Notes: a model not told the origin generated them from the letters alone. A stretch of 64,000 bases of DNA from an uncultured Clostridia bacterium (GCA_937892905.1 CALBHS010000177.1:25286-89285), one strand, 5' to 3'. Shown: positions 9,154 to 19,413, counted from the stretch's first letter. Made by a program: numbers and translations.

Positions 9154-10974
9154 ATGTCAAAAAGAGAAAATCTCAGAAACGTTGCCATCATCGCTCACGT
9201 TGACCACGGCAAAACGACCCTGGTTGACGAGCTTCTTAAGCAGAGCGGAACGTTTCGTGAAAACGAGCAGGTTCAGGAGAGGGTCATGGACTCTAACGAC
9301 CTTGAAAGAGAGCGCGGAATAACAATTCTTTCAAAGAACACCGCGGTTCATTACAAAAACACAAAAATCAATATCGTTGATACTCCGGGTCATGCCGATT
9401 TCGGCGGTGAGGTTGAGCGAATTCTCACCATGGTTGACGGCGTTCTTCTGCTTGTTGACGCATTCGAGGGATGTATGCCGCAGACGAGATTTGTTCTCAA
9501 AAAGGCGCTTAACCTCAAGAAAAAGGTTCTTGTTGTTGTCAATAAAATCGACCGTCCGGGCGCAAGACCGGCGGAGGTTATTGATGAGGTTCTCGACCTC
9601 TTTATCGAACTTGGTGCCGATGAGGATCAGATAGAATTCCCCGTAGTATATGCTTCCGCAAAGGACGGATACTCTTCTCTCGACCCCGATGTTCGCGAGG
9701 GCGATATGCGGCCGCTCCTTGACGCGATTCTTGAGCATATCAGCGCTCCCGACGGCGACATTGACGGACCGCTTCAGATTCTCTTCTCCAGCCTTGACTA
9801 TGACGACTATATCGGCAGAATCGGTGTCGGAAGAGTTGAGAGAGGAAAAATTCTCCGCGGCGAAAGCGTAGTTCTCTGCAAACAGGACGGTTCGCAGGAG
9901 AATGTAAAAATCTCACGTCTTTATCAGTTTGAAGGACTTAAAAGAGTTGAGGTTGACAGTGCGATGATGGGCGATATTGTCTGCGTTTCCGGCATTGCCG
10001 ATCTCAATATCGGCGAAACAGCCTGCGACCCGGAGTGCATAGAGCCTCTCCCGTTCGTCAAAATCGATGAGCCGACAATATCTATGAACTTTATTGTTAA
10101 CGACAGCCCGTTTGCAGGCCGCGAGGGTAAGTTCGTTACATCAAGAAATCTCCGCGACCGTCTTTTCAAAGAGGTTGAAACAAACGTAAGCATGAGAGTC
10201 GAGGAAACAGACTCGACCGACACATTTAAGGTTTCCGGAAGAGGCGAGCTTCATCTTTCCATCCTTATTGAAACCATGCGCCGTCAGGGCTATGAATTTC
10301 AGGTTTCACGCCCTGAGGTAATTTACAAAAAAATTAACGGTCAACTCTGTGAGCCGATGGAGCTTCTCATCATCGAAGTTCCCGAACAGTATGTCGGCTC
10401 TGTTATTGAAAAGCTCGGCTCACGCAAAGGCGAGCTTGAGAATATGGGATCAAGAAACGGCGGAGCAACCCACCTTGAATTTAAAATTCCGGCAAGAGGT
10501 CTTATCGGATACCGTTCGGAATTTATGACAGATACAAACGGCAACGGAATTATGAATCAGCTCTTTGCAGGCTATGAGCCGTACAAGGGCGATATTCAGA
10601 CAAGAGAGCGCGGCTCAATCGTTGTTCACGAAACAGGCACAAGCACAGGCTACGGACTTTTCAACACTCAGGACAGAGGTCGTCTGTTTATCGGACCCGG
10701 TGTTGAGGTTTATGAGGGCATGATCGTCGGCGAATGTTCAAGAAACGAGGACATCGTTTGCAACGTTTGCAAGAAAAAGCAGATGACAAACACCCGTGCA
10801 GCCGGCAGTGACGATGCACTTCGTCTTGTACCTCATTCAACGCTCAGCCTTGAGCAGTCCATGGAGTTTATCAAGGACGATGAGCTTCTCGAAGTTACTC
10901 CCGAATCACTCAGACTTCGCAAGCGCGTTCTCTCAAAGGAACAGCGTATGAAGCAGATGTTCAGGAAGAAATAA
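9154..10974 (+). CDS. typA: Translational GTPase TypA/BipA
   Basis: N-terminal NVAIIAHVDHGKTTLVD, DTPGHADFGGEV and NKID GTPase motifs; ~606 aa. Start chosen at ATG 9154 (AAAGGTGA SD) rather than the track start 9139. Confidence 0.93.
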   Translation: MSKRENLRNVAIIAHVDHGKTTLVDELLKQSGTFRENEQVQERVMDSNDLERERGITILSKNTAVHYKNTKINIVDTPGHADFGGEVERILTMVDGVLLLVDAFEGCMPQTRFVLKKALNLKKKVLVVVNKIDRPGARPAEVIDEVLDLFIELGADEDQIEFPVVYASAKDGYSSLDPDVREGDMRPLLDAILEHISAPDGDIDGPLQILFSSLDYDDYIGRIGVGRVERGKILRGESVVLCKQDGSQENVKISRLYQFEGLKRVEVDSAMMGDIVCVSGIADLNIGETACDPECIEPLPFVKIDEPTISMNFIVNDSPFAGREGKFVTSRNLRDRLFKEVETNVSMRVEETDSTDTFKVSGRGELHLSILIETMRRQGYEFQVSRPEVIYKKINGQLCEPMELLIIEVPEQYVGSVIEKLGSRKGELENMGSRNGGATHLEFKIPARGLIGYRSEFMTDTNGNGIMNQLFAGYEPYKGDIQTRERGSIVVHETGTSTGYGLFNTQDRGRLFIGPGVEVYEGMIVGECSRNEDIVCNVCKKKQMTNTRAAGSDDALRLVPHSTLSLEQSMEFIKDDELLEVTPESLRLRKRVLSKEQRMKQMFRKK

Positions 10975-11156
10975 TCTGGTGTTGCAATTATAAACAAGTT
11001 GCAGAAACTTTTATCCGGCAGAATCTAATCAGCCTTCCCCTTGGTAAATTTCTTTTTCTCTGCAATTACACATTAACACCTGATATTGTTCTTGAATATA
11101 AAAATTAAAAATATCGAACTTTCACATTAACCAACCTACAACTACACGGTGATACT

Positions 11157-12035
11157 ATGACAGACGAAAAAAAAGCAAACAGAACAGCGGTCGCGCTCGG
11201 AAACTTTGACGGCATACACATCGGCCATATGGCGGTGCTTGACGCGGCAAAGTCTTTTAAACGCGATGGACTTGTTCCTGTTGCCGTCCTGTTTGATGAA
11301 CATAGCCTGAAAGCTATCACAGGTGTTGCACCGCCCATGCTTATGACGGTCGCCGATCGCAATGAATTTATAATCAACAGCGGACTCAGTTTAAAAACGC
11401 TCATCTTTAATGAAATAAAGAATTTATCTCCCGAAGATTTTGTTGAAAAGATTCTTGTTGAAAAGCTCGGTGCCGGCGCAGTCTGCTGCGGATATAATTA
11501 CCGCTTCGGAAAGAACGCCGCAGGCACGGCGGTAACCTTACAGCAAATTTGTAATCGTCTTGGCATCGCTTGCAAAATTGCTAAAGAGGTCGATGTTGCG
11601 GGGAACGCGGTCAGCTCAACGGAAATCAGAAACTTGATCGAGCTCGGTGATATCGAAAAAGCAAACGGGATGCTCGGTCATAAATTCGGTTTTTCAGCGC
11701 CCGTAATTGACGGCGACAAAAGAGGAAGAACGCTCGGATTTCCCACGGTTAATCAGGAGATTCCGCCTGAGCTTGTAATGCCGAAGTTCGGGGTGTACCG
11801 CTCCGATGTTCTCGTTGACGGCAGGCATTATGCAGGCGTAACCAATATAGGCAAACGACCGACCGTAGGCACCCAAAAGATTCTCAGCGAAACTCATATC
11901 CTTGATTTTGATGAGAATGTTTACGGGAAAAATATTGACATAAGACTTGTTAAATTTATAAGATCCGAAAAAAAATTCTCATCATTTGACGAGCTTGCCC
12001 GTCAAATAGAGTCCGACACGAAAGAGGTGCGTTGA
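11157..12035 (+). CDS. ribF: Bifunctional riboflavin kinase / FMN adenylyltransferase
   Basis: ALGNFDGIHIGH at the N-terminus; a C-terminal riboflavin kinase domain (GRTLGFPTVN, the YG...I motif before LVKFIRSEKKF). Confidence 0.9.
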   Translation: MTDEKKANRTAVALGNFDGIHIGHMAVLDAAKSFKRDGLVPVAVLFDEHSLKAITGVAPPMLMTVADRNEFIINSGLSLKTLIFNEIKNLSPEDFVEKILVEKLGAGAVCCGYNYRFGKNAAGTAVTLQQICNRLGIACKIAKEVDVAGNAVSSTEIRNLIELGDIEKANGMLGHKFGFSAPVIDGDKRGRTLGFPTVNQEIPPELVMPKFGVYRSDVLVDGRHYAGVTNIGKRPTVGTQKILSETHILDFDENVYGKNIDIRLVKFIRSEKKFSSFDELARQIESDTKEVR

Positions 12036-12607
12036 TGTATAATAACTGGAACGAGCTTAAATCCGACTGCTATGGCTGTAACAAGTGCGAACTCGGAGCA
12101 ACAAGGACAAATCTTGTTTTCGGCGTAGGAAACGAAAATGCCGAGGTTCTCTTTATCGGCGAAGGTCCCGGTGAGCAGGAGGATCTCAAGGGCGAACCGT
12201 TTGTCGGCAGGAGCGGTCAGCTTCTCGACAAATATCTTGACGCCATCGGACTTGACCGAAAGAAAAATATCTACATAGCTAACATGGTTAAATGCCGACC
12301 GCCGCACAATCGCGATCCGAAGCCGGAGGAGCAAAACGCGTGCATTACATGGCTTCGCGAGCAGGTCAGACTTATGCGTCCTAAGATTATTGTCTGCGTC
12401 GGAAGAATCTCCGCACAGCGTCTTATCGGACCCGACTTCAAGGTTACGAAGCAGCATGGGGAATTCATTGAGAAAAACGGCGTTCTTATGATGGGAACCT
12501 TTCACCCCGCGGCTTTGCTTCGCAACCCCAACAATAAGCCTCAGGCGCTTGAGGACTTCCTCAGGCTGAGAGATAAAATTAACGAGGTATGTGAACATAC
12601 ATACTGA
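12032..12607 (+). CDS. Uracil-DNA glycosylase, family 4
   Basis: CxxCxxCEL Fe-S motif, GEGPGEQEDLKGEPFVGRSGQLL and HPAALLR motifs. There is a 4-nt overlap with ribF. Confidence 0.85.
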   Translation: MMYNNWNELKSDCYGCNKCELGATRTNLVFGVGNENAEVLFIGEGPGEQEDLKGEPFVGRSGQLLDKYLDAIGLDRKKNIYIANMVKCRPPHNRDPKPEEQNACITWLREQVRLMRPKIIVCVGRISAQRLIGPDFKVTKQHGEFIEKNGVLMMGTFHPAALLRNPNNKPQALEDFLRLRDKINEVCEHTY

Positions 12608-12628
12608 GTCTGTGAGAGGAGAAAAACC

Positions 12629-13819
12629 ATGAAAAAAATTCTTTCTGTTCTTGTGGCAGCTGTAATGCTTTTCTCAACCTTCGCAATCGGCATCTCGGCT
12701 GAAAAGTCAGAACCGTCACTCCGCTTTAACAACGACGGAAAATTCAGAATCCTGCAGGTTGCAGACCTTCAGGATAACGCGGTTCTCAATCCTGTTGCCA
12801 AGGATTTTCTTAAGGCGGCAATTGAGAATGAAAAGCCGGATCTCATTGTTCTTTCCGGCGACAACTTTGCAGGCTATAAAACAGGCACTAACATTTTCCA
12901 TGGAATTGACAAGTCACTCGCGAAGAAAGCGATCAATGAGTATATGTCAATTTTCGAGAAATACGGCATTCCGGTTACGATGGTTCCAGGCAACCATGAT
13001 GATGACGACATCAAGCTCACAAAGGAAGAGGAGCTTGCAATGTACGAAAAGTACAACTGCTTTATCGGCTATGACGCAGATCCCGAAATGTACGGATGCG
13101 GCACTCATAATATCCCGATCTACTCTTCAAAAAATGCGTACAAGCTCGCCTATAACATCTGGATGTTTGATTCAAACACATACGATGAAGAGCTTGGCGG
13201 ATATGACTATGTTCATGACGATCAGGTTGAGTGGTATGTAAACAAATCAAACGAGCTTAAGGATGCAAACGGCGGCGTTCCGGTTCCGTCAATGGTTTTC
13301 CAGCACATTGTCGTTAAGGAAATTTATGATATTATCGAAGAATGTCCTGCAGGTACGCCGAACTCAATGGAAAGAGATGGCAAAACCTACAAGTTTAAAG
13401 ACGAGAACTATAAGACCGGAAGCTTTAAGGAGTGGCCCTGTCCCGGTACCAGACCGAGCAAGCAGTTCAATGCAATGGTAAATCAGGGCGATGTTGTCGC
13501 AATGTTCTTCGGACACGACCACAACAACTCATATGAAGTCAATTATAAAGGAATAGACCTTGTTGCAACACCCGGATTTACGCTTGCAAGCTATGGCAAC
13601 GAGGAAAAGGGCTTCAGAGTAATTGATCTTGACGAAAACGACACATCCTCATATGAATCACACGTTGTTCAATGGAAAGACTACTACGGTTCAAGCAAAA
13701 TGGCAATGAAGCACTACAATATGTATGCACAGGAGAACAGCGGCTGGGTTAAATTCACTTCGGCGCTTAAATATATTCCCTTTGTGCTTATTAAAGTTCT
13801 TTTCGGTTATGTTTTTTAA
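12629..13819 (+). CDS. Exported calcineurin-like metallophosphoesterase with a C-terminal hydrophobic tail
   Basis: Signal peptide; GDNF, GNHDDD and GHDHNN motifs; a hydrophobic C-terminal ~20 aa. Confidence 0.75.
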   Translation: MKKILSVLVAAVMLFSTFAIGISAEKSEPSLRFNNDGKFRILQVADLQDNAVLNPVAKDFLKAAIENEKPDLIVLSGDNFAGYKTGTNIFHGIDKSLAKKAINEYMSIFEKYGIPVTMVPGNHDDDDIKLTKEEELAMYEKYNCFIGYDADPEMYGCGTHNIPIYSSKNAYKLAYNIWMFDSNTYDEELGGYDYVHDDQVEWYVNKSNELKDANGGVPVPSMVFQHIVVKEIYDIIEECPAGTPNSMERDGKTYKFKDENYKTGSFKEWPCPGTRPSKQFNAMVNQGDVVAMFFGHDHNNSYEVNYKGIDLVATPGFTLASYGNEEKGFRVIDLDENDTSSYESHVVQWKDYYGSSKMAMKHYNMYAQENSGWVKFTSALKYIPFVLIKVLFGYVF

Positions 13820-13835
13820 TTTGAAATAAATAAAG

Positions 13836-13874
13836 AAAAATCCGTCGGAATTTCCTCCGGCGGATTTTGTTTTA
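13836..13874. terminator. Bidirectional intrinsic terminator (phosphoesterase gene / leuS)
   Basis: 10-bp stem ATCCGTCGGA/TCCGGCGGAT (one G-U pair), preceded by an A-run and followed by TTTTGTTTT. Confidence 0.6.
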
Positions 13875-13894
13875 TTATTGAGTTGTAATATCAA

Positions 13895-16303
13895 TTATTT
13901 TACAACGATGTTTACAAGTCTGCCCTTAACGTAAAGCTCCTTGACAACGTTCTTGCCCTCGATTGCGGCGGCAATTGCCGGATCCTTCTTGGCAAGCTCG
14001 ATTGCCTCTGCCGACTCGATCTCTGCGGGAATCATGAGCTTAGCGCGAACCTTGCCGTTGATCTGAGCAACGATTTCGATCTCATCGTCAACGCACTTTG
14101 CTTCATCGTAATCAACCCAGTGGCCGTTTGCGAGCATTCCGCCGTAGTTCTGAGCCGCCCAAATCTCCTCTGTAACATGGGGAGCGAACGGATTGAGAAG
14201 CGTTACAAACGTTTTCAGCTCGGCATTGTTGATTGAACCCTTGTTATAAATATCATTGAGCAAGGTCATGAGTGCGGCGATTGCCGTATTGAACTTCATG
14301 CCCTCGATATCCTCGGAAACCTTCTTTATCGTCTTATGGAAAGCGGACTCAAGCTCCTTGGAATACTCATCGCCCTCGGTCAGGATATCCTGAAGCGCCC
14401 ATACTCTGTCGATAAATCTCTTACAGCCCTTAACCGAAGATTTCGACCACGGAGCGGCTTTCTCATAGTCACCCATGAACAGAACATAGGTACGAAGTAC
14501 GTCTGCACCGTACTCGTCAACAACATCGTTCGGATCAACAACATTGCCCTTGGACTTGCTCATCTTGTCACCGTCAGGTCCGAGAATAAGACCCTGCGCG
14601 GTACGCTTTGCATACGGCTCATCATACGGAACCTCACCGATATCATAGAGGAACTTGTGCCAGAAGCGCGAATAGATCATATGACGCGTAACGTGTTCCA
14701 TTCCGCCGTTATACCAGTCAACCTCGCCCCAATACTTGAGCTTATCCTTATCGGCAAAAGCCTTGTCGTTATGGGGGTCAATGTATCTCAGGAAATACCA
14801 TGAAGAGCCTGCCCACTGAGGCATTGTGTCGGTTTCGCGCTTTGCGTCTGCGCCGCACTTAGGACACTTGCAGTTAACAAAAGAGTCAATCTTTGCAAGC
14901 GGACTTTCGCCGTCCGAACCGGGCTCGAAGTTTTCAACCTTCGGCAGCTTGAGCGGAAGCTCATCATACGGAACGGGAACCATGCCGCAATGCGGACAGT
15001 AAACGATCGGAATCGGCTCGCCCCAATAACGCTGACGGTTGAATGCCCAGTCCTTCATCTTGTACTGAACGCCCTTTTCGCCGATGCCCTTTTCGCTGAG
15101 ATAATCTGCCATCTTCTCAATGGCTTCTTTTTTATTTTTAATTCCGTCGAGGAAGCCTGAGTTCACACACTCACCCTCGCCGGTATATGCTTCCTTTGAG
15201 ATATCGCCGCCCTTGATAACCTCTATGATATCAATGCCGAACTTCTTGGCAAACTCATAGTCACGGGTATCATGAGCAGGAACAGCCATAATTGCGCCTG
15301 TACCGTAGCCCATCATAACGTAGTCGGAAATGTAGATCGGAATCTCCTTGCCGTTCACGGGGTTGATTCCCGAAAGGCCGTCTATCTTAACGCCTGTCTT
15401 ATCCTTGACAAGCTGTGTTCTCTCAAACTCAGTCTTTTTGGCGCACTCTTTTCTGTAATCCGTAATCGCGTCCATATTGGCGATTCGGTCGGCATACTTG
15501 TCAATCATCGGATGTTCGGGAGCCATAACCATGAATGTAACACCGAAAAGAGTATCAGGACGAGTCGTATAAATTTTGAGCTTCTCGTTATCCGATCCCT
15601 TGACATCAAAATCGACAAAAGCACCCGTTGACTTGCCGATCCAGTTTCTCTGCTGAAGCTTGATATTCGGGAGATAGTCAACCTCATCCAGACCCTCAAG
15701 GAGCTTATCGGCATACTTTGTAATACGAAGATACCAAACATCCTTTGACTTCTGAACAATGTCGCTGTGGCAGATATCACACTTGCCGCCCTGCGAATCC
15801 TCGTTTGAAAGAACAACCTTACACGAAGGGCAGTAGTTTACAAGGGTTTTATCTCTGAACGCAAGACCGTGTTCAAACATCTTGAGGAAAATCCACTGGG
15901 TCCACTTGTAGTAGTCCTCCTGAGTGGTGTCGATTACACGAGTCCAGTCAAAGGAGAAACCTACCTTTTTAAGCTGGCTTGAAAATCTTTCGATATTCAT
16001 GTCCGTAACCTTACGGGGATGAATACCTGTCTTTATAGCATAGTTTTCGGTCGGAAGTCCGTATGCGTCAAAGCCGATCGGGAACAGAACGTTATAGCCC
16101 TGCATTCTTCTTTTTCTCGAAACGACCTCAAGTCCCGAATAAGCCTTGATGTGTCCGACGTGCATACCTGCTCCGCTGGGATAAGGGAACTCAACAAGTC
16201 CGTAAAACTTCGGCTTATCCGAAAAATCCACCGCATGAAAAACGCCTGTTTCCTCCCATTTATCCTGCCACTTTTTTTCTACCGATTTAAAATCATAACC
16301 CAT
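13895..16303 (-). CDS. leuS: Leucine--tRNA ligase
   Basis: 802 aa with HVGH and KMSKS class-I signatures and LeuRS-specific blocks throughout. Confidence 0.97.
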   Translation of the reverse strand: MGYDFKSVEKKWQDKWEETGVFHAVDFSDKPKFYGLVEFPYPSGAGMHVGHIKAYSGLEVVSRKRRMQGYNVLFPIGFDAYGLPTENYAIKTGIHPRKVTDMNIERFSSQLKKVGFSFDWTRVIDTTQEDYYKWTQWIFLKMFEHGLAFRDKTLVNYCPSCKVVLSNEDSQGGKCDICHSDIVQKSKDVWYLRITKYADKLLEGLDEVDYLPNIKLQQRNWIGKSTGAFVDFDVKGSDNEKLKIYTTRPDTLFGVTFMVMAPEHPMIDKYADRIANMDAITDYRKECAKKTEFERTQLVKDKTGVKIDGLSGINPVNGKEIPIYISDYVMMGYGTGAIMAVPAHDTRDYEFAKKFGIDIIEVIKGGDISKEAYTGEGECVNSGFLDGIKNKKEAIEKMADYLSEKGIGEKGVQYKMKDWAFNRQRYWGEPIPIVYCPHCGMVPVPYDELPLKLPKVENFEPGSDGESPLAKIDSFVNCKCPKCGADAKRETDTMPQWAGSSWYFLRYIDPHNDKAFADKDKLKYWGEVDWYNGGMEHVTRHMIYSRFWHKFLYDIGEVPYDEPYAKRTAQGLILGPDGDKMSKSKGNVVDPNDVVDEYGADVLRTYVLFMGDYEKAAPWSKSSVKGCKRFIDRVWALQDILTEGDEYSKELESAFHKTIKKVSEDIEGMKFNTAIAALMTLLNDIYNKGSINNAELKTFVTLLNPFAPHVTEEIWAAQNYGGMLANGHWVDYDEAKCVDDEIEIVAQINGKVRAKLMIPAEIESAEAIELAKKDPAIAAAIEGKNVVKELYVKGRLVNIVVK

Positions 16304-16437
16304 TTCAATAATCCTCCGATGTGTATTGCGATTTAGATGAGAAGCAATTTAATAACCGCTTCAAACACATAATTTTCACATAAATTCACTCATAACAAAA
16401 AAGTCGCTGTCTTTATTTTTCAGCCTTCCCCTTGAGG

Positions 16438-16611
16438 CAATGTCATTAACTTAAGGAATTGTGTTTCACGTTATGATAAATGTAGCTGGATTTGGCAGTA
16501 TAATATGAGCATCACGCTCTACGCTTTGTTCTTTTTCACCATTTTATCGTAGGTTACGATACTCTCATCTCACCAAAATTTTGAGAAAAAAGTCTTAAGT
16601 TAATGACATTG
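16438..16611. mobile_element. 174-bp non-coding MITE-like insertion
   Basis: Perfect 18-bp terminal inverted repeats (CAATGTCATTAACTTAAG at 16438-16455; its reverse complement at 16594-16611). It is flanked by a perfect 9-bp direct repeat CCCTTGAGG (16429-16437 and 16612-16620). There is no ORF inside. Confidence 0.55.
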
Positions 16612-16728
16612 CCCTTGAGGGGAAGGTGGGCGGCGGATTGCGCCGCTCGGATGAGGTGGTAAATTTTCATACCTTTGTTCACTAAATTCAAACTCGAACC
16701 TTTCCACCTCATCAGTCGCTTATGCGAC

Positions 16729-16748
16729 AGCTTCCCCTCAAGGGGAAG
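16729..16748. repeat. REP-like palindromic hairpin (GCTTCCCC-TCAA-GGGGAAGC)
   Basis: Perfect 8-bp stem. The same hairpin in inverse orientation is reconstituted at 16424-16437/16621-16626 once the MITE is removed. A 14-nt arm copy lies at 11030-11043. Confidence 0.45.
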
Positions 16749-16821
16749 CCTTGGAAAAATTCTTCTAAAAGCAGCCTTAAATAAATGCTCACATAACAGT
16801 GTATCTATGCAAAATAAATAA

Positions 16822-17178
16822 TCAGTCCTCAGTCAGAACGTCGGAAAGGTCGATCCTCGCCGCGTCATTCCAAAGGCGCTCGATGTTGTAATACTGTCTG
16901 CTCTCCGGCTGGAAAACATGAACCAGAACATCGTTATAATCAAGCAGTATCCATCCCGTTGCTCTTCCCTCAATGTGGTCAACCTCAACGCCGAGCTTCT
17001 TCATCTCGTCGTCAACCTCATCGGCAAGTGCGCGAACGTGCGTATTTGACGTACCGCTTGCAATGATGAAATAGTCTGACATTACCGTCAGCTCTTTTGT
17101 TTCGATTCCGATGATATCAATTGCCTTTTTCTTATCCAAAATCTTCGCAATGTTTTTTGCTTTTTCGAGTGATGTCAT
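16822..17178 (-). CDS. rsfS: Ribosome silencing factor RsfS (YbeB/iojap)
   Basis: 118 aa with the typical DYFIIASGTSNTHVRALADEV and WILLDYNDVLVHVF motifs. Confidence 0.9.
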   Translation of the reverse strand: MTSLEKAKNIAKILDKKKAIDIIGIETKELTVMSDYFIIASGTSNTHVRALADEVDDEMKKLGVEVDHIEGRATGWILLDYNDVLVHVFQPESRQYYNIERLWNDAARIDLSDVLTED

Positions 17179-17765
17179 AAACTGTTTCCTCCCTGCTTTT
17201 TAATAATGACTTCGTTGTAAAGATCAATGCTGTCGGGGTGAATTACACGGCCCTTTGAAACGAGGTCGGGAATTCCGAACACAAGCGCATATTCAATCGC
17301 GGCGTCCATATCCTCTTTGCAAAGTCTTCGCATATCTTCAACGCCGTTATAGTCCCTCTCTGCGGAAATATAATCGGCAAGATAAACAATTTTTTCAAGC
17401 AGGCTCATTCCTGCTCTGCCCGTTGTGTGATATCTGACCGCTCTGATAATCTCGCGATCTTCGATCCCCATAACGAATCTTATGTAAGCTGCGCCTGCAA
17501 CTGCGTGCCACAGCTTTTTATTAGCCCTCTCAACAGGCATCAGCTCAATGCCTGCCTCGCTCAATACCCCTAACTGTTCCTCATCGGAAGCGTTTTTCAT
17601 TACGTCATGCAGAAGACCCGCCGTGTATGCCTTGTCCGCATCGCCGCCGTACCTGATTGCAAGCTCTCTTGCGCTGTCGGCAACATTAAGGCTATGATTA
17701 AATCTGTAATCATCCAGCCGTGATCTGATAAGCGTAATGATTTTTTCATCTGTCCAGTTGCTCAA
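17175..17765 (-). CDS. yqeK: HD-domain bis(5'-nucleosyl)-tetraphosphatase YqeK
   Basis: 196 aa with HSLNVA...LLHDV HD motifs. TTG start with an AAGGAG SD. Overlaps rsfS by 4 nt, as in the conserved yqeK-rsfS pair. Confidence 0.85.
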   Translation of the reverse strand: MSNWTDEKIITLIRSRLDDYRFNHSLNVADSARELAIRYGGDADKAYTAGLLHDVMKNASDEEQLGVLSEAGIELMPVERANKKLWHAVAGAAYIRFVMGIEDREIIRAVRYHTTGRAGMSLLEKIVYLADYISAERDYNGVEDMRRLCKEDMDAAIEYALVFGIPDLVSKGRVIHPDSIDLYNEVIIKKQGGNSL

Positions 17766-17861
17766 AGGGATATCTCCTTTTCTTTTGGTAATTGACGATA
17801 ATTCCGAACACTATTTCAGCGGCAAAGCATCCGCCGAAAACCATGTTAAAAATATCGTTGA

Positions 17862-18686
17862 TTATCTGATATTTACCTTCTTGTTCATTACATAGAACGT
17901 TGCATAGTAAAGACCTATGCCGAAGATAAGATAAGTTATAACCGAAACAAGGTCGGTAAAGCCTGCACCTGCCGCAAGCGAATCATAGTTTGTTATGAGC
18001 GAAAGCTTATTGCCTACAATCGAAATACCGAAAACAACGTTATCGGCGATAAATCCGGAAATTCTATCAACAACGAAGAATAATGCAATCGTAAAAACAA
18101 TCGTCCAAAGAAGATATTTTTTCTGGAAATAACGCGTGTTTGCAAGAGATATTGCGAAATACATTTCAATTGTAATAACGGCAAAACGCAGGAAATACGA
18201 AATCATTGAAATAACTATTGATGTAACGATGGTCGCAACGGATTTTCCCTCAAGGAACATCGGCAGAAGAGTTTCAAGCGTGGAAAATGTATCCTCGCCC
18301 AAAACGTCCTCCTTAACAACGAAGTAAGATATCGCCACCGTACCCATAAGGCAAACAAACGCCGCAACAAACCATACCGTTGAGGTAATTATTTTTGAGA
18401 TAAGAAGCGTTGAGCCTTTAACGGGAAGTGTGAAGCTGAGGTAGCCCTGATCACCGTAAAGTGACTTTTGAAAATTCGTTATCATAACGACAATTGTAAG
18501 AATAAAACTGCATGACGAAATGAGAAGAAGCACCGTTATACCGAGCATCTGACCGGTTGTGGCAGTGTCCTTTGCAATGTAGTAAGAGCCGAGAACATAT
18601 GCCATAATGACGGCAACAACTGCATAGAGCGCGCCCATGATTCTGCCCGTAGCAATAAATTCATTCTTTAAAAGCTTACCCAACAT
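17862..18686 (-). CDS. ABC-2 type transporter permease
   Basis: Polytopic membrane protein immediately after the ABC ATPase. Start moved to Met27 (MLGKLLKNEF, 18686), which gives the usual short overlap with the ATPase stop. Confidence 0.6.
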   Translation of the reverse strand: MLGKLLKNEFIATGRIMGALYAVVAVIMAYVLGSYYIAKDTATTGQMLGITVLLLISSCSFILTIVVMITNFQKSLYGDQGYLSFTLPVKGSTLLISKIITSTVWFVAAFVCLMGTVAISYFVVKEDVLGEDTFSTLETLLPMFLEGKSVATIVTSIVISMISYFLRFAVITIEMYFAISLANTRYFQKKYLLWTIVFTIALFFVVDRISGFIADNVVFGISIVGNKLSLITNYDSLAAGAGFTDLVSVITYLIFGIGLYYATFYVMNKKVNIR

Positions 18687-19380
18687 GGCTGAACACCTCC
18701 CTGAACAGATCCTCGACAGTCTTGCCGTCAGCCGTGATCCTTGAAACATCCGTGTTGACAACAAGCTTGCCGTCTTTAACCATCAGCACACGGTCAAGCA
18801 CCTTTTCAATATCATAAATAAGGTGGGTTGAAAGCAAAATAGTTGAATTTTCTGCGTGATTTTTCATGATCGTGTCAAGAATAAATTCTCTTGAAACAAG
18901 GTCAACGCCGCCGAGCGGTTCGTCAAGAATATAAAGATCTGCATTTCTGCTCATGACAAGCAAAAGCTGGAGCTTTTCCTGCTGACCCTTTGACATTGTC
19001 TTGATCTTCTGCTTCATCGGAAGCTCAAATCTTGCCGCCATATCAAGCGCCTTCTGCACATCAAAGTTGTCGTAGAAATCCGCCATGTACTTGATCGCGC
19101 TTTTCGGCGTCATCCATGCGGGAAGATAATTCTTCTCCGGCAGATATGCAATAATTTTTTTCGACTCAACGCCGGGTTCTTTTCCGTTAACAAGGATTTT
19201 ACCCTCATAGTCGTTGATAAGACCGACAATGGACTTTATCATTGAGGTTTTGCCGCATCCGTTCGGACCGAGCAATCCAACGATCTTGCCCTGTTCAATG
19301 TCGTAAGAAACCCCTTTAAGAACAGTGTGGTCACCGTAGCTTTTTTTGAGATCTCTCACCTTGAGAAGTGTTTCACTCAT
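18676..19380 (-). CDS. ABC transporter ATP-binding protein
   Basis: Walker A GPNGCGKTS, signature SKGQQEKL, Walker B LYILDEP. Confidence 0.9.
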   Translation of the reverse strand: MSETLLKVRDLKKSYGDHTVLKGVSYDIEQGKIVGLLGPNGCGKTSMIKSIVGLINDYEGKILVNGKEPGVESKKIIAYLPEKNYLPAWMTPKSAIKYMADFYDNFDVQKALDMAARFELPMKQKIKTMSKGQQEKLQLLLVMSRNADLYILDEPLGGVDLVSREFILDTIMKNHAENSTILLSTHLIYDIEKVLDRVLMVKDGKLVVNTDVSRITADGKTVEDLFREVFSHVG

Positions 19381-19413
19381 TGATGTATTCCTCCAATCCC
19401 ATCTGTGGGAAAA

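Noticed and set aside
16304-16821. An expected T-box leader upstream of leuS.
   Set aside because: I searched the leuS (minus) strand by eye for the GGGTGGTACCGCG-type T-box sequence and a specifier/terminator arrangement, and found none. The region is instead explained by REP-like and MITE-like palindromes. A covariance-model scan would be the decisive test.
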